DNA from: a virus
Reading direction: 5' to 3' (one strand)
DNA length: 64,000 bases
Virus record (IMG/VR): IMGVR_UViG_3300003690_003472
Coordinates: 121,565-185,564 of that record
The stretch's first letter is position 1; each line of letters starts with the position of its first letter. Of the stretch, positions 46,680-55,753 are shown one piece after another. Position numbers and translations under genes: made by a program. The notes under the pieces were generated by a model, which saw nothing but the letters and a program-made list of their open reading frames with translations, made no database searches and was not told the origin of the DNA.

Positions 46680-46917
46680 GAGAAAAACGCGATTCGAAAT
46701 AATTTTTTCCTTGACAAACGTGGCAATTCATGAGATAATACCTATAGAAACAATCGAGGTTTTGAAGGAGAAGAATCAAATGCTGTGAATGTTACCCCAA
46801 AGCTGTATGGGGTCAGCCCGTTGTATGAGCTTGGTGCCTGCTCTGAAAAGTGCCACATTTTAATTAGACTACTAGGAATAAAAGCTTGGGATACAAGATT
46901 TAAAGATTGGTGACAAA

Positions 46918-47109
46918 GTGTTTGACGAGGACATGCAAGACTGGGGGATTATTACAGAATTTCGTCCCACGACGGTTATTGTCCTTTGGTCTGCGCTTGG
47001 AATTCCAATGGCAACTCCTAAGCTTTTAGCCGAGGATGCGCTAAGAACAGGCGAGTGGAAAATTCAACCACGAGTTGAAATAACTTTAATTGACCCAAGA
47101 AAAAAGTAA
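46918..47109 (+). CDS. KIGDKV family protein; in-frame upstream extension lacks a canonical start
   Basis: Frame reads IQDLKIGDKVFDED…WGII from 46891. Confidence 0.5.
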   Translation: MFDEDMQDWGIITEFRPTTVIVLWSALGIPMATPKLLAEDALRTGEWKIQPRVEITLIDPRKK

Positions 47110-47177
47110 AATACTCCTTGACAACCATTGATTTTTGTGAGATAATATATATAGAAACAATGGCAAAAGGAGCCAAA

Positions 47178-47378
47178 TTGAGTCGCAAACATTTTCAAAT
47201 CATAGCAAATATCATTAAACTTCATGGCACAAGTCCAACTGCCAAAGCAATGGCATTGGATTTCTCAGTTGCTTTCAAAAAAGAAAACCCTCGTTTTGAC
47301 GCCGTACGCTTCTTGAGCGCTTGTGGTCTTGAGCGAGTAACGCTTGGCAACGGTGAAAAAGTTCACATCGTCAACTAA
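47178..47378 (+). CDS. Small early protein
   Basis: SRKHFQIIA…ENPRFDAVRFLSAC; promoter 47118, AAGGAG RBS. Confidence 0.7.
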   Translation: MSRKHFQIIANIIKLHGTSPTAKAMALDFSVAFKKENPRFDAVRFLSACGLERVTLGNGEKVHIVN

Positions 47379-47391
47379 TCATAGGAATATC

Positions 47392-47562
47392 ATGCTAGAC
47401 GCAAAACGTGCAAAAATACAGTTACACATCGACAACGCTACAACGCCCGAAGAAGCCGAGCTTGCAGAAGCTTTGCTTGAAGGCTACGATAGCGGAGAAC
47501 TAATGATTTTGACTGACACCGCAACGGGCGAATTGCTCTTTGCTTTGAACGAGGTAAACTAA
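47392..47562 (+). CDS. Small acidic protein
   Basis: AGGA RBS. Confidence 0.6.
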   Translation: MLDAKRAKIQLHIDNATTPEEAELAEALLEGYDSGELMILTDTATGELLFALNEVN

Positions 47563-47732
47563 TGGACATAGACTGGAAAGAGGAAATGGACAAACTGATG
47601 GCTCGCACCACAAAAAATTGGTGGAAGACGGGCAATCGAAAGTTTGCTACTGGCGTTACAGGCAGCTTGGAGCTAGGAAGTGCCGAGGACACAAAAGATA
47701 AAAAAACTCTTGACAAATGCTGCTCGATATGA
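47562..47732 (+). CDS. Small protein (56 aa, missed by track)
   Basis: GAGGT RBS, TAATG coupling. Confidence 0.55.
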   Translation: MDIDWKEEMDKLMARTTKNWWKTGNRKFATGVTGSLELGSAEDTKDKKTLDKCCSI

Positions 47733-47747
47733 GATAATGTATATAGG

Positions 47748-47933
47748 ATGGAGGAATTACAAGTGTTCTTTATTGAACGTTTAAACAACACAAATTGGGT
47801 GGTCATTAGTGGGCCACATGGCTGCGAAGATGTTGCATATATTCATGCAAGAGGCTACGCAAATAATAACACCAGCGCATATGGTCCTATCCGTATTGTG
47901 ACCGACACAGGCGCAGTTGTTAACTTTCTGTAA
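47748..47933 (+). CDS. Small protein
   Basis: After promoter 47710. Confidence 0.55.
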   Translation: MEELQVFFIERLNNTNWVVISGPHGCEDVAYIHARGYANNNTSAYGPIRIVTDTGAVVNFL

Positions 47934-48015
47934 AGTTTGGTAAGGCTGGAGGTGAAAGGAAGCTAATACATTTTTAATAGTGCGAAAATAACTTGGCGTT
48001 TAAAGGTACGGGAAA

Positions 48016-48032
48016 ACTAGATACTATCTAGT
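48016..48032. promoter_or_regulatory. Perfect 8-1-8 palindrome ACTAGATA-C-TATCTAGT (operator-like)
   Basis: Directly visible inverted repeat in non-coding DNA. Confidence 0.45.
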
Positions 48033-48351
48033 CTATATTCTCGCACCTGTCAAGTGAATAATCCCTACACTGTGTAGAATTGTTACGCATGTGTAGAGTA
48101 AGACAACACGTGTAATGTGGAAGCAGTACACACTTGAGTGTAGAAATAATACACATGCGAGAGCATAAATATGAACAACATTAAACTTATTAAAAATCTA
48201 GCCAGCCAAGCAGAGTCAACCATTGTAGGAATGGATATCGTTTCTCCAGTGGTTACAGTACTACCCAAAAACATTCGGAAGGATACTAAAAAATAAAAAA
48301 GTACTTGACTAGTTACAACATACATGTAGTGGTTAGCCACTAGGTAATACA

Positions 48352-48549
48352 ATGAATATGATATTTAAATCAGAAAACCTAACACACGATTCGCTTTTGT
48401 GTGTATTACCTTTTGGCTCAGCATATACATGTCGAGAAAACGGCGAACCATTACCAGAGTCAGTCATGGTCGCTGTTGCTTTACAATCATTACAGTATGT
48501 GCTTAGGCCGAGCGCTTGGGATCCATACAAAGTAGAGCCAAAAAATTAA
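48352..48549 (+). CDS. Hypothetical protein
   Basis: ORF after weak promoter-like element. Confidence 0.4.
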   Translation: MNMIFKSENLTHDSLLCVLPFGSAYTCRENGEPLPESVMVAVALQSLQYVLRPSAWDPYKVEPKN

Positions 48550-48586
48550 CTCAATGATTACAACATGTTAATTAAACTTTCTCTAG

Positions 48587-48796
48587 GTGGAGATAGAAAC
48601 GTGCGCGAGAGCATTAATGAACAAAAACAGTCTAACCTATAGATTCTTAAGAGGCTATCTAATTGGCTTCGCCATTGTCAGCATGTACCACATCCTCCCA
48701 CAAGTCGGCGCAATCCCACAGCTTTTACTCGGTGTATCTATTGGTGCGCTAGGTTGGACATGGCTAATAAATGTTTCCGAGAGTAATAAAAAATAA
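48587..48796 (+). CDS. Small two-TM membrane protein
   Basis: Two hydrophobic segments. Confidence 0.45.
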   Translation: MEIETCARALMNKNSLTYRFLRGYLIGFAIVSMYHILPQVGAIPQLLLGVSIGALGWTWLINVSESNKK

Positions 48797-48961
48797 AAAG
48801 ATACTAGACAACCCTACCTAAGATAAGTAATATATATATGATAGATAAAGATATAGTAGAGAGAGAACAACAGGATAGTGTTGGGTATAAGCTTGACCTG
48901 TTTGAATTAGTTTGTTGGGCAGCAGTAATTTGGCTGCTAGTTCAATACGTACAGTAGTACG

Positions 48962-48979
48962 CCCCCCCCCCTGCCCCCC
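48962..48979. repeat. C10-TG-C6 homopolymer tract
   Basis: Directly visible in AT-rich non-coding DNA. Confidence 0.9.
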
Positions 48980-49108
48980 TATACCGGAATGTATGTCACA
49001 GTAGTAATATCAAGGGGTTAGAGGCCGACTAAGTACATGTTCATATCGCAGCCCAAATTTTGAGATTTTAAGTTTTCTATATACTACTTATTGTACGAGG
49101 TCTTACCA

Positions 49109-49378
49109 ATGAAAATAACCAAATCTAAACTCAAACAACTAATCAAAGAAGAGCTTAATCTTATTTTAGAAGAAAAAGAAAGATATGTCTTAGAAAGGTC
49201 TGGTGTTTCCTTTAACAAGAAATTTGTTACCGGTGGCAAAGCTGATGATCCGAATTTTGGTACACTTGAAAAAGCTAAAACTTTTGCATGTAAAGATGCT
49301 GCTAAAGTATACGCAAAGAAAGTGGATAAAGAATCTGGTATACATGTTAGCGTAGAAAATAAAAAAGGACTTGAATGA
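49109..49378 (+). CDS. Protein with MKITKSKLKQLIKEE leader
   Basis: Shared leader; ACTACTTA upstream. Confidence 0.75.
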   Translation: MKITKSKLKQLIKEELNLILEEKERYVLERSGVSFNKKFVTGGKADDPNFGTLEKAKTFACKDAAKVYAKKVDKESGIHVSVENKKGLE

Positions 49379-49379
49379 T

Positions 49380-50360
49380 ATGTATATAACCAAATCCCAA
49401 CTTAAGTATATCATCAAAGAAGAGGCGTCCGCCGTGTTAAAAGAAAAGCAATTGCACGAAGCCACTGTACCCGCGCCAGGATCGGATCCTCAACATGATA
49501 TGGGAGACGATGCATCAATTGAATCTGGCCGCGCAGGATCTATCCCTTTTTGTAGAACACCAGATCCTAGAGGGGGAGTCGGAGGTACCGGAATCGGGCA
49601 AACAGTAGGCACGGATGCATGCCGCAAATGGAACTACGAGCGCGGCCGAGCCCAAGTGCCCATGGGCGCCAAATTGGGTGGTTTAGGCCAAGGCCAAAAA
49701 GGAGGAGATCGTTTAAATATTGGCGCCATTCGTAGCTATGAAAAATATTTAGCTAGATATCCAGAACTAGGTACTGGAAGACTAGAGGGTATATCTGGAA
49801 ATGAAAAAAATCTCAGATGGCTGCAAAGCAAATTAGACATATATGTCACACAAGTTAAGCGCGAATACAACCTTCGTACTGATTATTGGGACCGTCAACA
49901 CGAAGTACGTAACCTCCCCAAAGGATCGGACGAACGGCAAGAGGCCTTGATCGCCCGGTGGGATATTATGAATAGTCTTCACAATGCCATGTTTGAGGTT
50001 GATAAAACGTTTGCCAGTTATATTAACGTGAGAGAAATGTTTAGAAAGGCCACAAAAATGCGATCCGGCCCGGGCTTTCCTGCCGCGCCTCAAGGCGCTG
50101 CAATGCAACAAAAAATATATAAAACGGAGGCACCTGACGAAGCATTGACAGATCTTGGATATTTTTATCGACTTTTGAAGCAGTATAGCATAAAACAACC
50201 AGAACATTTAACAAAATATGGCCAAGATTTCACTTGGGGCCCTGAACATCAAAGAGCATATAACGAATTAGTAAAACGTATGGAAATTGCAGACGAGGCA
50301 GCGCCCCAACTTGATAGGTTGAAAAAAAGCGTACTTTATATTATTAAAAAATATAAATAA
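49380..50360 (+). CDS. Protein with MYITKSQLKYIIKEE leader
   Basis: Shared leader; C-terminal LGY…YGQDFTWGPEH loosely like a PG-binding motif. Confidence 0.75.
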   Translation: MYITKSQLKYIIKEEASAVLKEKQLHEATVPAPGSDPQHDMGDDASIESGRAGSIPFCRTPDPRGGVGGTGIGQTVGTDACRKWNYERGRAQVPMGAKLGGLGQGQKGGDRLNIGAIRSYEKYLARYPELGTGRLEGISGNEKNLRWLQSKLDIYVTQVKREYNLRTDYWDRQHEVRNLPKGSDERQEALIARWDIMNSLHNAMFEVDKTFASYINVREMFRKATKMRSGPGFPAAPQGAAMQQKIYKTEAPDEALTDLGYFYRLLKQYSIKQPEHLTKYGQDFTWGPEHQRAYNELVKRMEIADEAAPQLDRLKKSVLYIIKKYK

Positions 50361-50370
50361 TTAAATAAAC

Positions 50371-50724
50371 CTACCTTCTCTTTTTACCTCTCTTAGATTT
50401 CTTACCCTTACGTCTATTCTTAACATTATTATCGTAGTAGTGCCTGTGGATTGTAGTCCGATTATAGACATTTCTTTTATATATATGTCGATGTCTTATT
50501 CTCGGCCTTACAATTGTTCTATGGTGCCTATATTGTCTATGTTGGTGATGACGTATAATTCTACGTTTATAATGATGACGTGGATGATATACACGTGCTC
50601 TTGGTACATATACAGGTGACGTATATACTACACGGTGTGGCGTAATTACCCCATAAGCACCAAAACATCCTGGTAAAAATATCATGCTAAGTCCTGCTAT
50701 GATATATAAAATACACTTTTTCAT
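50371..50724 (-). CDS. His/Arg-rich putative lipoprotein (only well-supported minus-strand gene)
   Basis: Signal peptide with LPGC lipobox; AAGGAG RBS on minus strand. Confidence 0.65.
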   Translation of the reverse strand: MKKCILYIIAGLSMIFLPGCFGAYGVITPHRVVYTSPVYVPRARVYHPRHHYKRRIIRHHQHRQYRHHRTIVRPRIRHRHIYKRNVYNRTTIHRHYYDNNVKNRRKGKKSKRGKKRR

Positions 50725-50860
50725 GATTTAACTCCTTTAATGTATATATAGATGATGCATATTACATGCCAAGTTATAGTTAGATAAAAAAAATTTCGGA
50801 TTCCGAAATTGGATTTTTAAAATAATTGCAACTATTTAATATTAGCAAGGAGATATCCCC

Positions 50861-51280
50861 ATGAAACTAGCCAAGTCGCGACTAAAACAGATCATAAAAG
50901 AAGAATTACAAAAAGTACTAAAAAAGAAACAACTTAGAGAAGCTATTACAATACCATTCGGAGGATGGGGACAAGATATACTTGATTGTCACAAAGCAAA
51001 GGGAGACAAACATGCCGCAGAAGTACTTCAAAAAGTATACGACACGCGCGGTCGAGATCCGAATGCGATGATGGCATATTCAATAGTTATGAAAAATAAT
51101 GCAATGCATCCTGATTGTAGGAATCTCTTTCCAGACAAAAAACAAGAAAGAGCAGATATTGAAGCTTATAATAAAGAACTAGCCTGGCGCCCCGATGATC
51201 CAGAAACAGGACAAGGAGCCAAAGTAGTACCCCGAGAAACAAGAGGTCGGGCTCCGGAAGACTACGAAGAAGTCGAGTAA
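50861..51280 (+). CDS. Protein with MKLAKSRLKQIIKEE leader
   Basis: Shared leader; ACTATTTA and AAGGAG upstream. Confidence 0.75.
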   Translation: MKLAKSRLKQIIKEELQKVLKKKQLREAITIPFGGWGQDILDCHKAKGDKHAAEVLQKVYDTRGRDPNAMMAYSIVMKNNAMHPDCRNLFPDKKQERADIEAYNKELAWRPDDPETGQGAKVVPRETRGRAPEDYEEVE

Positions 51281-51302
51281 CTTTAAAAGGGAAAACATTC
51301 AA

Positions 51303-51644
51303 ATGAACCTCACAAAAAAAGACCTCAAACAACTCGTCAAAGAAGCCATGGGCGAAGAAAAAAAAGAATGGGATGTTAGCAAGCGTACAGCACTTCCTCG
51401 TGTTTTATCTCAAATTCTGAGCGCGCTAAGAGAAGCGCAAGATATTATTGATGGCGGCCACTTAGATGAAGAAAGGCCTGTTTCACCCACTGATATAGAA
51501 AATATAAAAAACATCTTCGAGCACCCTGCCTTAAAAACACTTAAAAAACTAGGTAATATTTCTGATGAAGCTGCTCACGAAGAAGCATATGGATTAGACA
51601 TCGATTGGGGAAGTGGTGAGCGCGACGCCGACTGGGATTATTAA
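51303..51644 (+). CDS. Protein with MNLTKKDLKQLVKE leader
   Basis: Shared leader. Confidence 0.75.
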   Translation: MNLTKKDLKQLVKEAMGEEKKEWDVSKRTALPRVLSQILSALREAQDIIDGGHLDEERPVSPTDIENIKNIFEHPALKTLKKLGNISDEAAHEEAYGLDIDWGSGERDADWDY

Positions 51645-51646
51645 AC

Positions 51647-52096
51647 TTGAAACTAACAAAAACAAAACTTAAACAAGTTATCAAAGAAGAAGTATGTATT
51701 ATTTTGTATGAACAAGTCGGGCTTGAAAAAAACCTAGAATTCATAGCTGCACAAAAACGTAAAGCTGAAGAAAAGAAAACCTTTAAGAGCGCACTTACAA
51801 GATTTGTAAATACACTTGGCCATGGAACACATGAAGCAGCGCAGGGAAAATGGATTGATGATTTATTGAAAGCAGGATCTGATGCCTACAGCAAAGGCGA
51901 TTATGCCGGTGCATTAACTACTATGGCTAGCGCAGCTGCAGAAGATAAAATACCCGGTTATGAAATATTAATGGCCGCGCTTAAATCTATTAAAGATATC
52001 GAAATACAAAAACCTTCTTTTCTGCGTCCGCGCAAGTCGCTGATTTCGCACTCGGGCCGCGCGCTCTCGAAGTGGGCGAAGGAAAGGGACGGCTAA
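51647..52096 (+). CDS. Protein with MKLTKTKLKQVIKEE leader
   Basis: Shared leader, TTG start. Confidence 0.7.
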   Translation: MKLTKTKLKQVIKEEVCIILYEQVGLEKNLEFIAAQKRKAEEKKTFKSALTRFVNTLGHGTHEAAQGKWIDDLLKAGSDAYSKGDYAGALTTMASAAAEDKIPGYEILMAALKSIKDIEIQKPSFLRPRKSLISHSGRALSKWAKERDG

Positions 52097-52106
52097 TGGC
52101 CACCTT

Positions 52107-52295
52107 ATGAATAATTTATTTTTTTTAGATGAGCGAAGAATTAGAAAACAATTAAAATTAGCTCAAGAGAATTTAATAGCTCTCCGCACTTTAGTTTGTG
52201 ATGGGCATAAAATTTCTAAAAAAACATTTCGTATTACAGAAAAAACAATATACGAATTAGAAAGCCAATTAGAAACTTTAATAATTGGTCAATAA
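52107..52295 (+). CDS. Small coiled-coil protein
   Basis: ORF. Confidence 0.55.
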   Translation: MNNLFFLDERRIRKQLKLAQENLIALRTLVCDGHKISKKTFRITEKTIYELESQLETLIIGQ

Positions 52296-52370
52296 AATAA
52301 AAATATTTCTTAAATTAAACTAAATATCATGTTAAAATTTTATAATGCGGCACCAAAAGGAGTTATAACA

Positions 52371-52556
52371 ATGTCAATGCCTACAAATAACCAAATACAA
52401 GAACAAGTTATTAAATTAAATGCACAAGTTGCACAGTTAGCTATTTCAAATTCAAATTTAAATGATGAAATATCACTTCTCAAAAACAATTATGGCAAAT
52501 TAGTTGAAGAAGTAAATCTTCGCTTAGAGGCTGTACATAAGAAAGTTTTTCGTTAA
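52371..52556 (+). CDS. Small coiled-coil protein
   Basis: AAGGAG RBS before ATG 52371. Confidence 0.6.
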   Translation: MSMPTNNQIQEQVIKLNAQVAQLAISNSNLNDEISLLKNNYGKLVEEVNLRLEAVHKKVFR

Positions 52557-52631
52557 AGAAAAGAAACAGCCCAAAACAAAAAATTTTATAGACACAATTA
52601 AAATGTTTTTATTAATTAAAAAAGGATAAAC

Positions 52632-52850
52632 ATGCAAGAACCACAACCACAACCACAAGTTAATATTGATGTAAAACAGGCAGAAGATGTGCCATGTAAA
52701 GAATGTGGAAATGTATACTTTTTTCCCGTTGTAATGTTAAAGAGATTATCTGCTATATTATCACCAACCGGAGAAGAGCTTAAATTCCCAGTCAATGTAC
52801 TTCAATGCACTTCGTGCAAAAAAATTGAGATACCCTTTTCAGAAGAATAA
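52632..52850 (+). CDS. Zn-ribbon small protein
   Basis: CKECG…CTSCK. Confidence 0.75.
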   Translation: MQEPQPQPQVNIDVKQAEDVPCKECGNVYFFPVVMLKRLSAILSPTGEELKFPVNVLQCTSCKKIEIPFSEE

Positions 52851-52927
52851 CACTATTTATAGTGTGAAGCTCTTATTAGAAAAAAATCCCTCCAAGCTTC
52901 GTCCCACCAATATCAACTGGTACTAAA

Positions 52928-53137
52928 ATGTCATCCTGCAAGTTCTACATTGGAGATCTAGTACAGTTTGATTGTTCGAGAAAACTAGGCGTAGTCACAG
53001 AAATAAAAAATGCTCCAGAATTTGAACCTCCAGAAAAAATAGCAGATGTAAAGGTGCTTTGGTTAAATGGTGAAGAATTTTGGTGTTTAGACTTTACATT
53101 AGAGTTAGTTTCACGCAATTCACGCAATTATAACTAA
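52928..53137 (+). CDS. IGDLV (KOW/SH3-like) family protein
   Basis: YIGDLVQF…LGVV…VLW…LELVS. Confidence 0.7.
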   Translation: MSSCKFYIGDLVQFDCSRKLGVVTEIKNAPEFEPPEKIADVKVLWLNGEEFWCLDFTLELVSRNSRNYN

Positions 53138-53161
53138 TTATCTACAGGACTGGAATTAATG

Positions 53162-53839
53162 ATGAAACTACTATTTGAAAATTGGCGAAAATTCTTATTA
53201 ACAGAAAAGCTAATGCTTAAGCCTGGTCCAAATGGTTGGGACAAATATAGAGAATTAGTAGCAAAAGCTTATGACGACGCTCCGCCGTTTGATGAGAGCG
53301 CGGCAAGCTCATTTGAAGCAATAGAGCCATTTGTAGATAAAATGTTTAAAAGAATATCTTCTAGAGTTGATGTACAATTTGTAGATGAGGATCCATACGA
53401 AGGCCCGGAAGAAATGTGTGACGACGCCCTCAACAATGGTATATTAAAAATATGGAAAGGCGGCACAGAACATCAAATATTTGACCCTGAGTTAAATTTA
53501 AAATTAAGAGCCGTTCATGATTATATGGCCCATTGTCAAAAAAGTACAGACTTTACCATGAAAGGTGAAATTGCTTCTTATAATGCTCACATGAAGACTG
53601 TCCCCCCTTCAGCAGCAGGCGCGCTATTTACGGAAGTTGTGGGGCAGGCAGCGTTTTTTCTTGATAGAGGATATTTTCCTCCACAAAAAATAGCCATTTT
53701 ACCAGGATTTGATTTTTTTAATGTTGGTGAAGTTGACCCAGAAATTACAGGATACAGATTAGATCCAGAAAGAAAAGAATTGATTAAAGTTGGAGAGGAA
53801 ATTCAGGAGCCGTCTATAGATCCGGAGGGCTTATTATAA
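53162..53839 (+). CDS. Protein with MKLLFENWRKFLLTE leader; possible metal-binding domain
   Basis: RAVHDYMAH…GE…YNAH…LFTEV. Confidence 0.7.
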   Translation: MKLLFENWRKFLLTEKLMLKPGPNGWDKYRELVAKAYDDAPPFDESAASSFEAIEPFVDKMFKRISSRVDVQFVDEDPYEGPEEMCDDALNNGILKIWKGGTEHQIFDPELNLKLRAVHDYMAHCQKSTDFTMKGEIASYNAHMKTVPPSAAGALFTEVVGQAAFFLDRGYFPPQKIAILPGFDFFNVGEVDPEITGYRLDPERKELIKVGEEIQEPSIDPEGLL

Positions 53840-54048
53840 TGGGCCATTTGAAAAGAAATAATGAAACATACATAAGCCACTTATTGTTTGCAGGAAAAGT
53901 TGGCTTGACTTTAATCTTCCGTGGCATTATATTTTTACTACATGGTATATTACCAATTTGTAAGATTCCAAAATTCTTAAATCTTAAAAGCACTAGCGAT
54001 AAACTATACAAATGGAATGAACATACATATAGGAGAAAGTGGAAATGA
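53839..54048 (+). CDS. Small protein
   Basis: HLKRNNETYISH…HGILP. Confidence 0.65.
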   Translation: MGHLKRNNETYISHLLFAGKVGLTLIFRGIIFLLHGILPICKIPKFLNLKSTSDKLYKWNEHTYRRKWK

Positions 54049-54401
54049 AAAATTGGAAACCAAAATTTATTAATAATAGTAAAATTCCAGTCTGGTTGTC
54101 TAAGCTATCACCTATCAACATTTGGGCTTTAAGCTTTGGGTTTTGGGTTTGGTGTCGAGGAAAGGCCTCAGAAACTACAAAACGACACGAAACAATACAT
54201 TTTCAACAACAATTAGAACTATTATTTATTTTTCAGTGGATATTATACGGCTTGTTTTGGGTTATTGGTCTTATAAAATATAAAAGCGGTAAAGAAGCTT
54301 ATTATAAAAATCTTTTTGAGCAAGAAGCCTATAGCAATCAACACAACACTAATTACTTAAAGAACAGAAAACGATATTCATGGTGGAAATATAAAGTATG
54401 A
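54045..54401 (+). CDS. Zincin-like membrane-associated protein
   Basis: HETIH (HExxH)…FEQEAY. Confidence 0.65.
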   Translation: MKNWKPKFINNSKIPVWLSKLSPINIWALSFGFWVWCRGKASETTKRHETIHFQQQLELLFIFQWILYGLFWVIGLIKYKSGKEAYYKNLFEQEAYSNQHNTNYLKNRKRYSWWKYKV

Positions 54402-55201
54402 ATAAGTGGAAAAAATTTTTAGATGAAATTGTAGAACCAGAAAATGTTCAAATTAAGGGGATATCTGTTAAAGAAACTCTAGATCCTGTCATTTGGGACA
54501 ATAATCAATTAAAAGGTTATATTGCTGAACATCTCTACAAGATCGCAAAAAACTTTTTTATATCCTTAGAAATCGATTGGGAATTCGTACAAGATGTTAC
54601 ATTTACTGGATCTTTAGCAAATTATAATTGGTCAACATATTCTGATATTGATTTACATATTTTAGTTGATTTTAGTGATATTGATACAAATAAAAAACTA
54701 GTAAGAGATTTTTTTAAAAATGCAACAATGATATGGAATAAAGTTCATAATATTACAGTGAAAGGCCATGAAGTAGAATTATATGTTCAAGATTCGCGCG
54801 AACCACACCACTCAACAGGAGTTTATTCAATAAAATATGATCAATGGAAAAAAACACCATCAAAATACAATCCAGAAATTGATGAGACAAGCGTGAGAAA
54901 AAAAGCAGCTAAATTTATGAACGATATTGATGATGTATATGATTTATACGCAGAAAAGAATTTTAAAGATGCACATGAACAAGCAGAGAAATTACGAGCG
55001 AAATTAAGAAAATTTAGACAAGGTGGCTTAGAGAAAGGTGGAGAATATTCAATTGAAAATTTAGTTTTTAAGGTTCTACGCCGTAACGACTATTTGTATA
55101 AGCTATCTAGTTTAAAAATTATGTCATATGACAAAATGATGTCCGTTAATGGAGGAATAGGAAGTGAAATTATCAAAGTCAATCTTAAAACAACTAATTA
55201 A
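54398..55201 (+). CDS. Pol-beta-superfamily nucleotidyltransferase with MNKWKKFLDE leader
   Basis: TGSLANYNWS..SDIDLH (GS…DxD), EVELYVQD. Confidence 0.8.
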   Translation: MNKWKKFLDEIVEPENVQIKGISVKETLDPVIWDNNQLKGYIAEHLYKIAKNFFISLEIDWEFVQDVTFTGSLANYNWSTYSDIDLHILVDFSDIDTNKKLVRDFFKNATMIWNKVHNITVKGHEVELYVQDSREPHHSTGVYSIKYDQWKKTPSKYNPEIDETSVRKKAAKFMNDIDDVYDLYAEKNFKDAHEQAEKLRAKLRKFRQGGLEKGGEYSIENLVFKVLRRNDYLYKLSSLKIMSYDKMMSVNGGIGSEIIKVNLKTTN

Positions 55202-55556
55202 AGAGGAAATTGATGCTCTTTTTGAATGACCGGGCCCAGACGAAGGGGAGTCTCCTCTTGAAGAAGAATTAACCGACAAAGAAGAAGAGCACAAAGAGAA
55301 ACTCGAAGACGAACTCGAAGATTTAGAACATAAGTGAATAAAGGAAGGAAAGCTGAGTTCAGCTTTGGTCAAAAGATATAACTTGAATGAATCGATTGGA
55401 AAAGTTTTATGGCATTCTTTAGATAAAAGTGGAAATATTGAAGAATATGATATGCAATTTGGGAATACAATTATTAGAGGCCTTCTACCTGAAGATATTG
55501 AGCCTCAAACAACTAAATTACATGAACATAACACACAAAAAAGAGATGGCAGGTAA
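55164..55556 (+). pseudogene. Leader-bearing gene (MKLSKSILKQLIKEE) with two in-frame TGA codons (55227-55229, 55335-55337)
   Basis: GGAGG RBS + GTG; frame otherwise open into the track ORF 55365..55556. Confidence 0.6.
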
Positions 55557-55561
55557 AAATT

Positions 55562-55753
55562 ATGTGTTTAATTTGTATTGAATATGAAAAAGGTAAATTA
55601 AAGATCAATGAGGCTCTCCGAAACTTAGAAGAGATGAGAGAATCTATTGGAGAAATACACTATGATGAAACAAGAGAACTTCTCATAGAAGATATGATGA
55701 ATGAATTTAATTTTGATGACGAATATTGGGAAAAATTAGGATTTGGAGACTAA
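55562..55753 (+). CDS. Small protein, N-terminal CxxC
   Basis: MCLICIEYEKGKL…EA..NL.EM. Confidence 0.7.
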   Translation: MCLICIEYEKGKLKINEALRNLEEMRESIGEIHYDETRELLIEDMMNEFNFDDEYWEKLGFGD

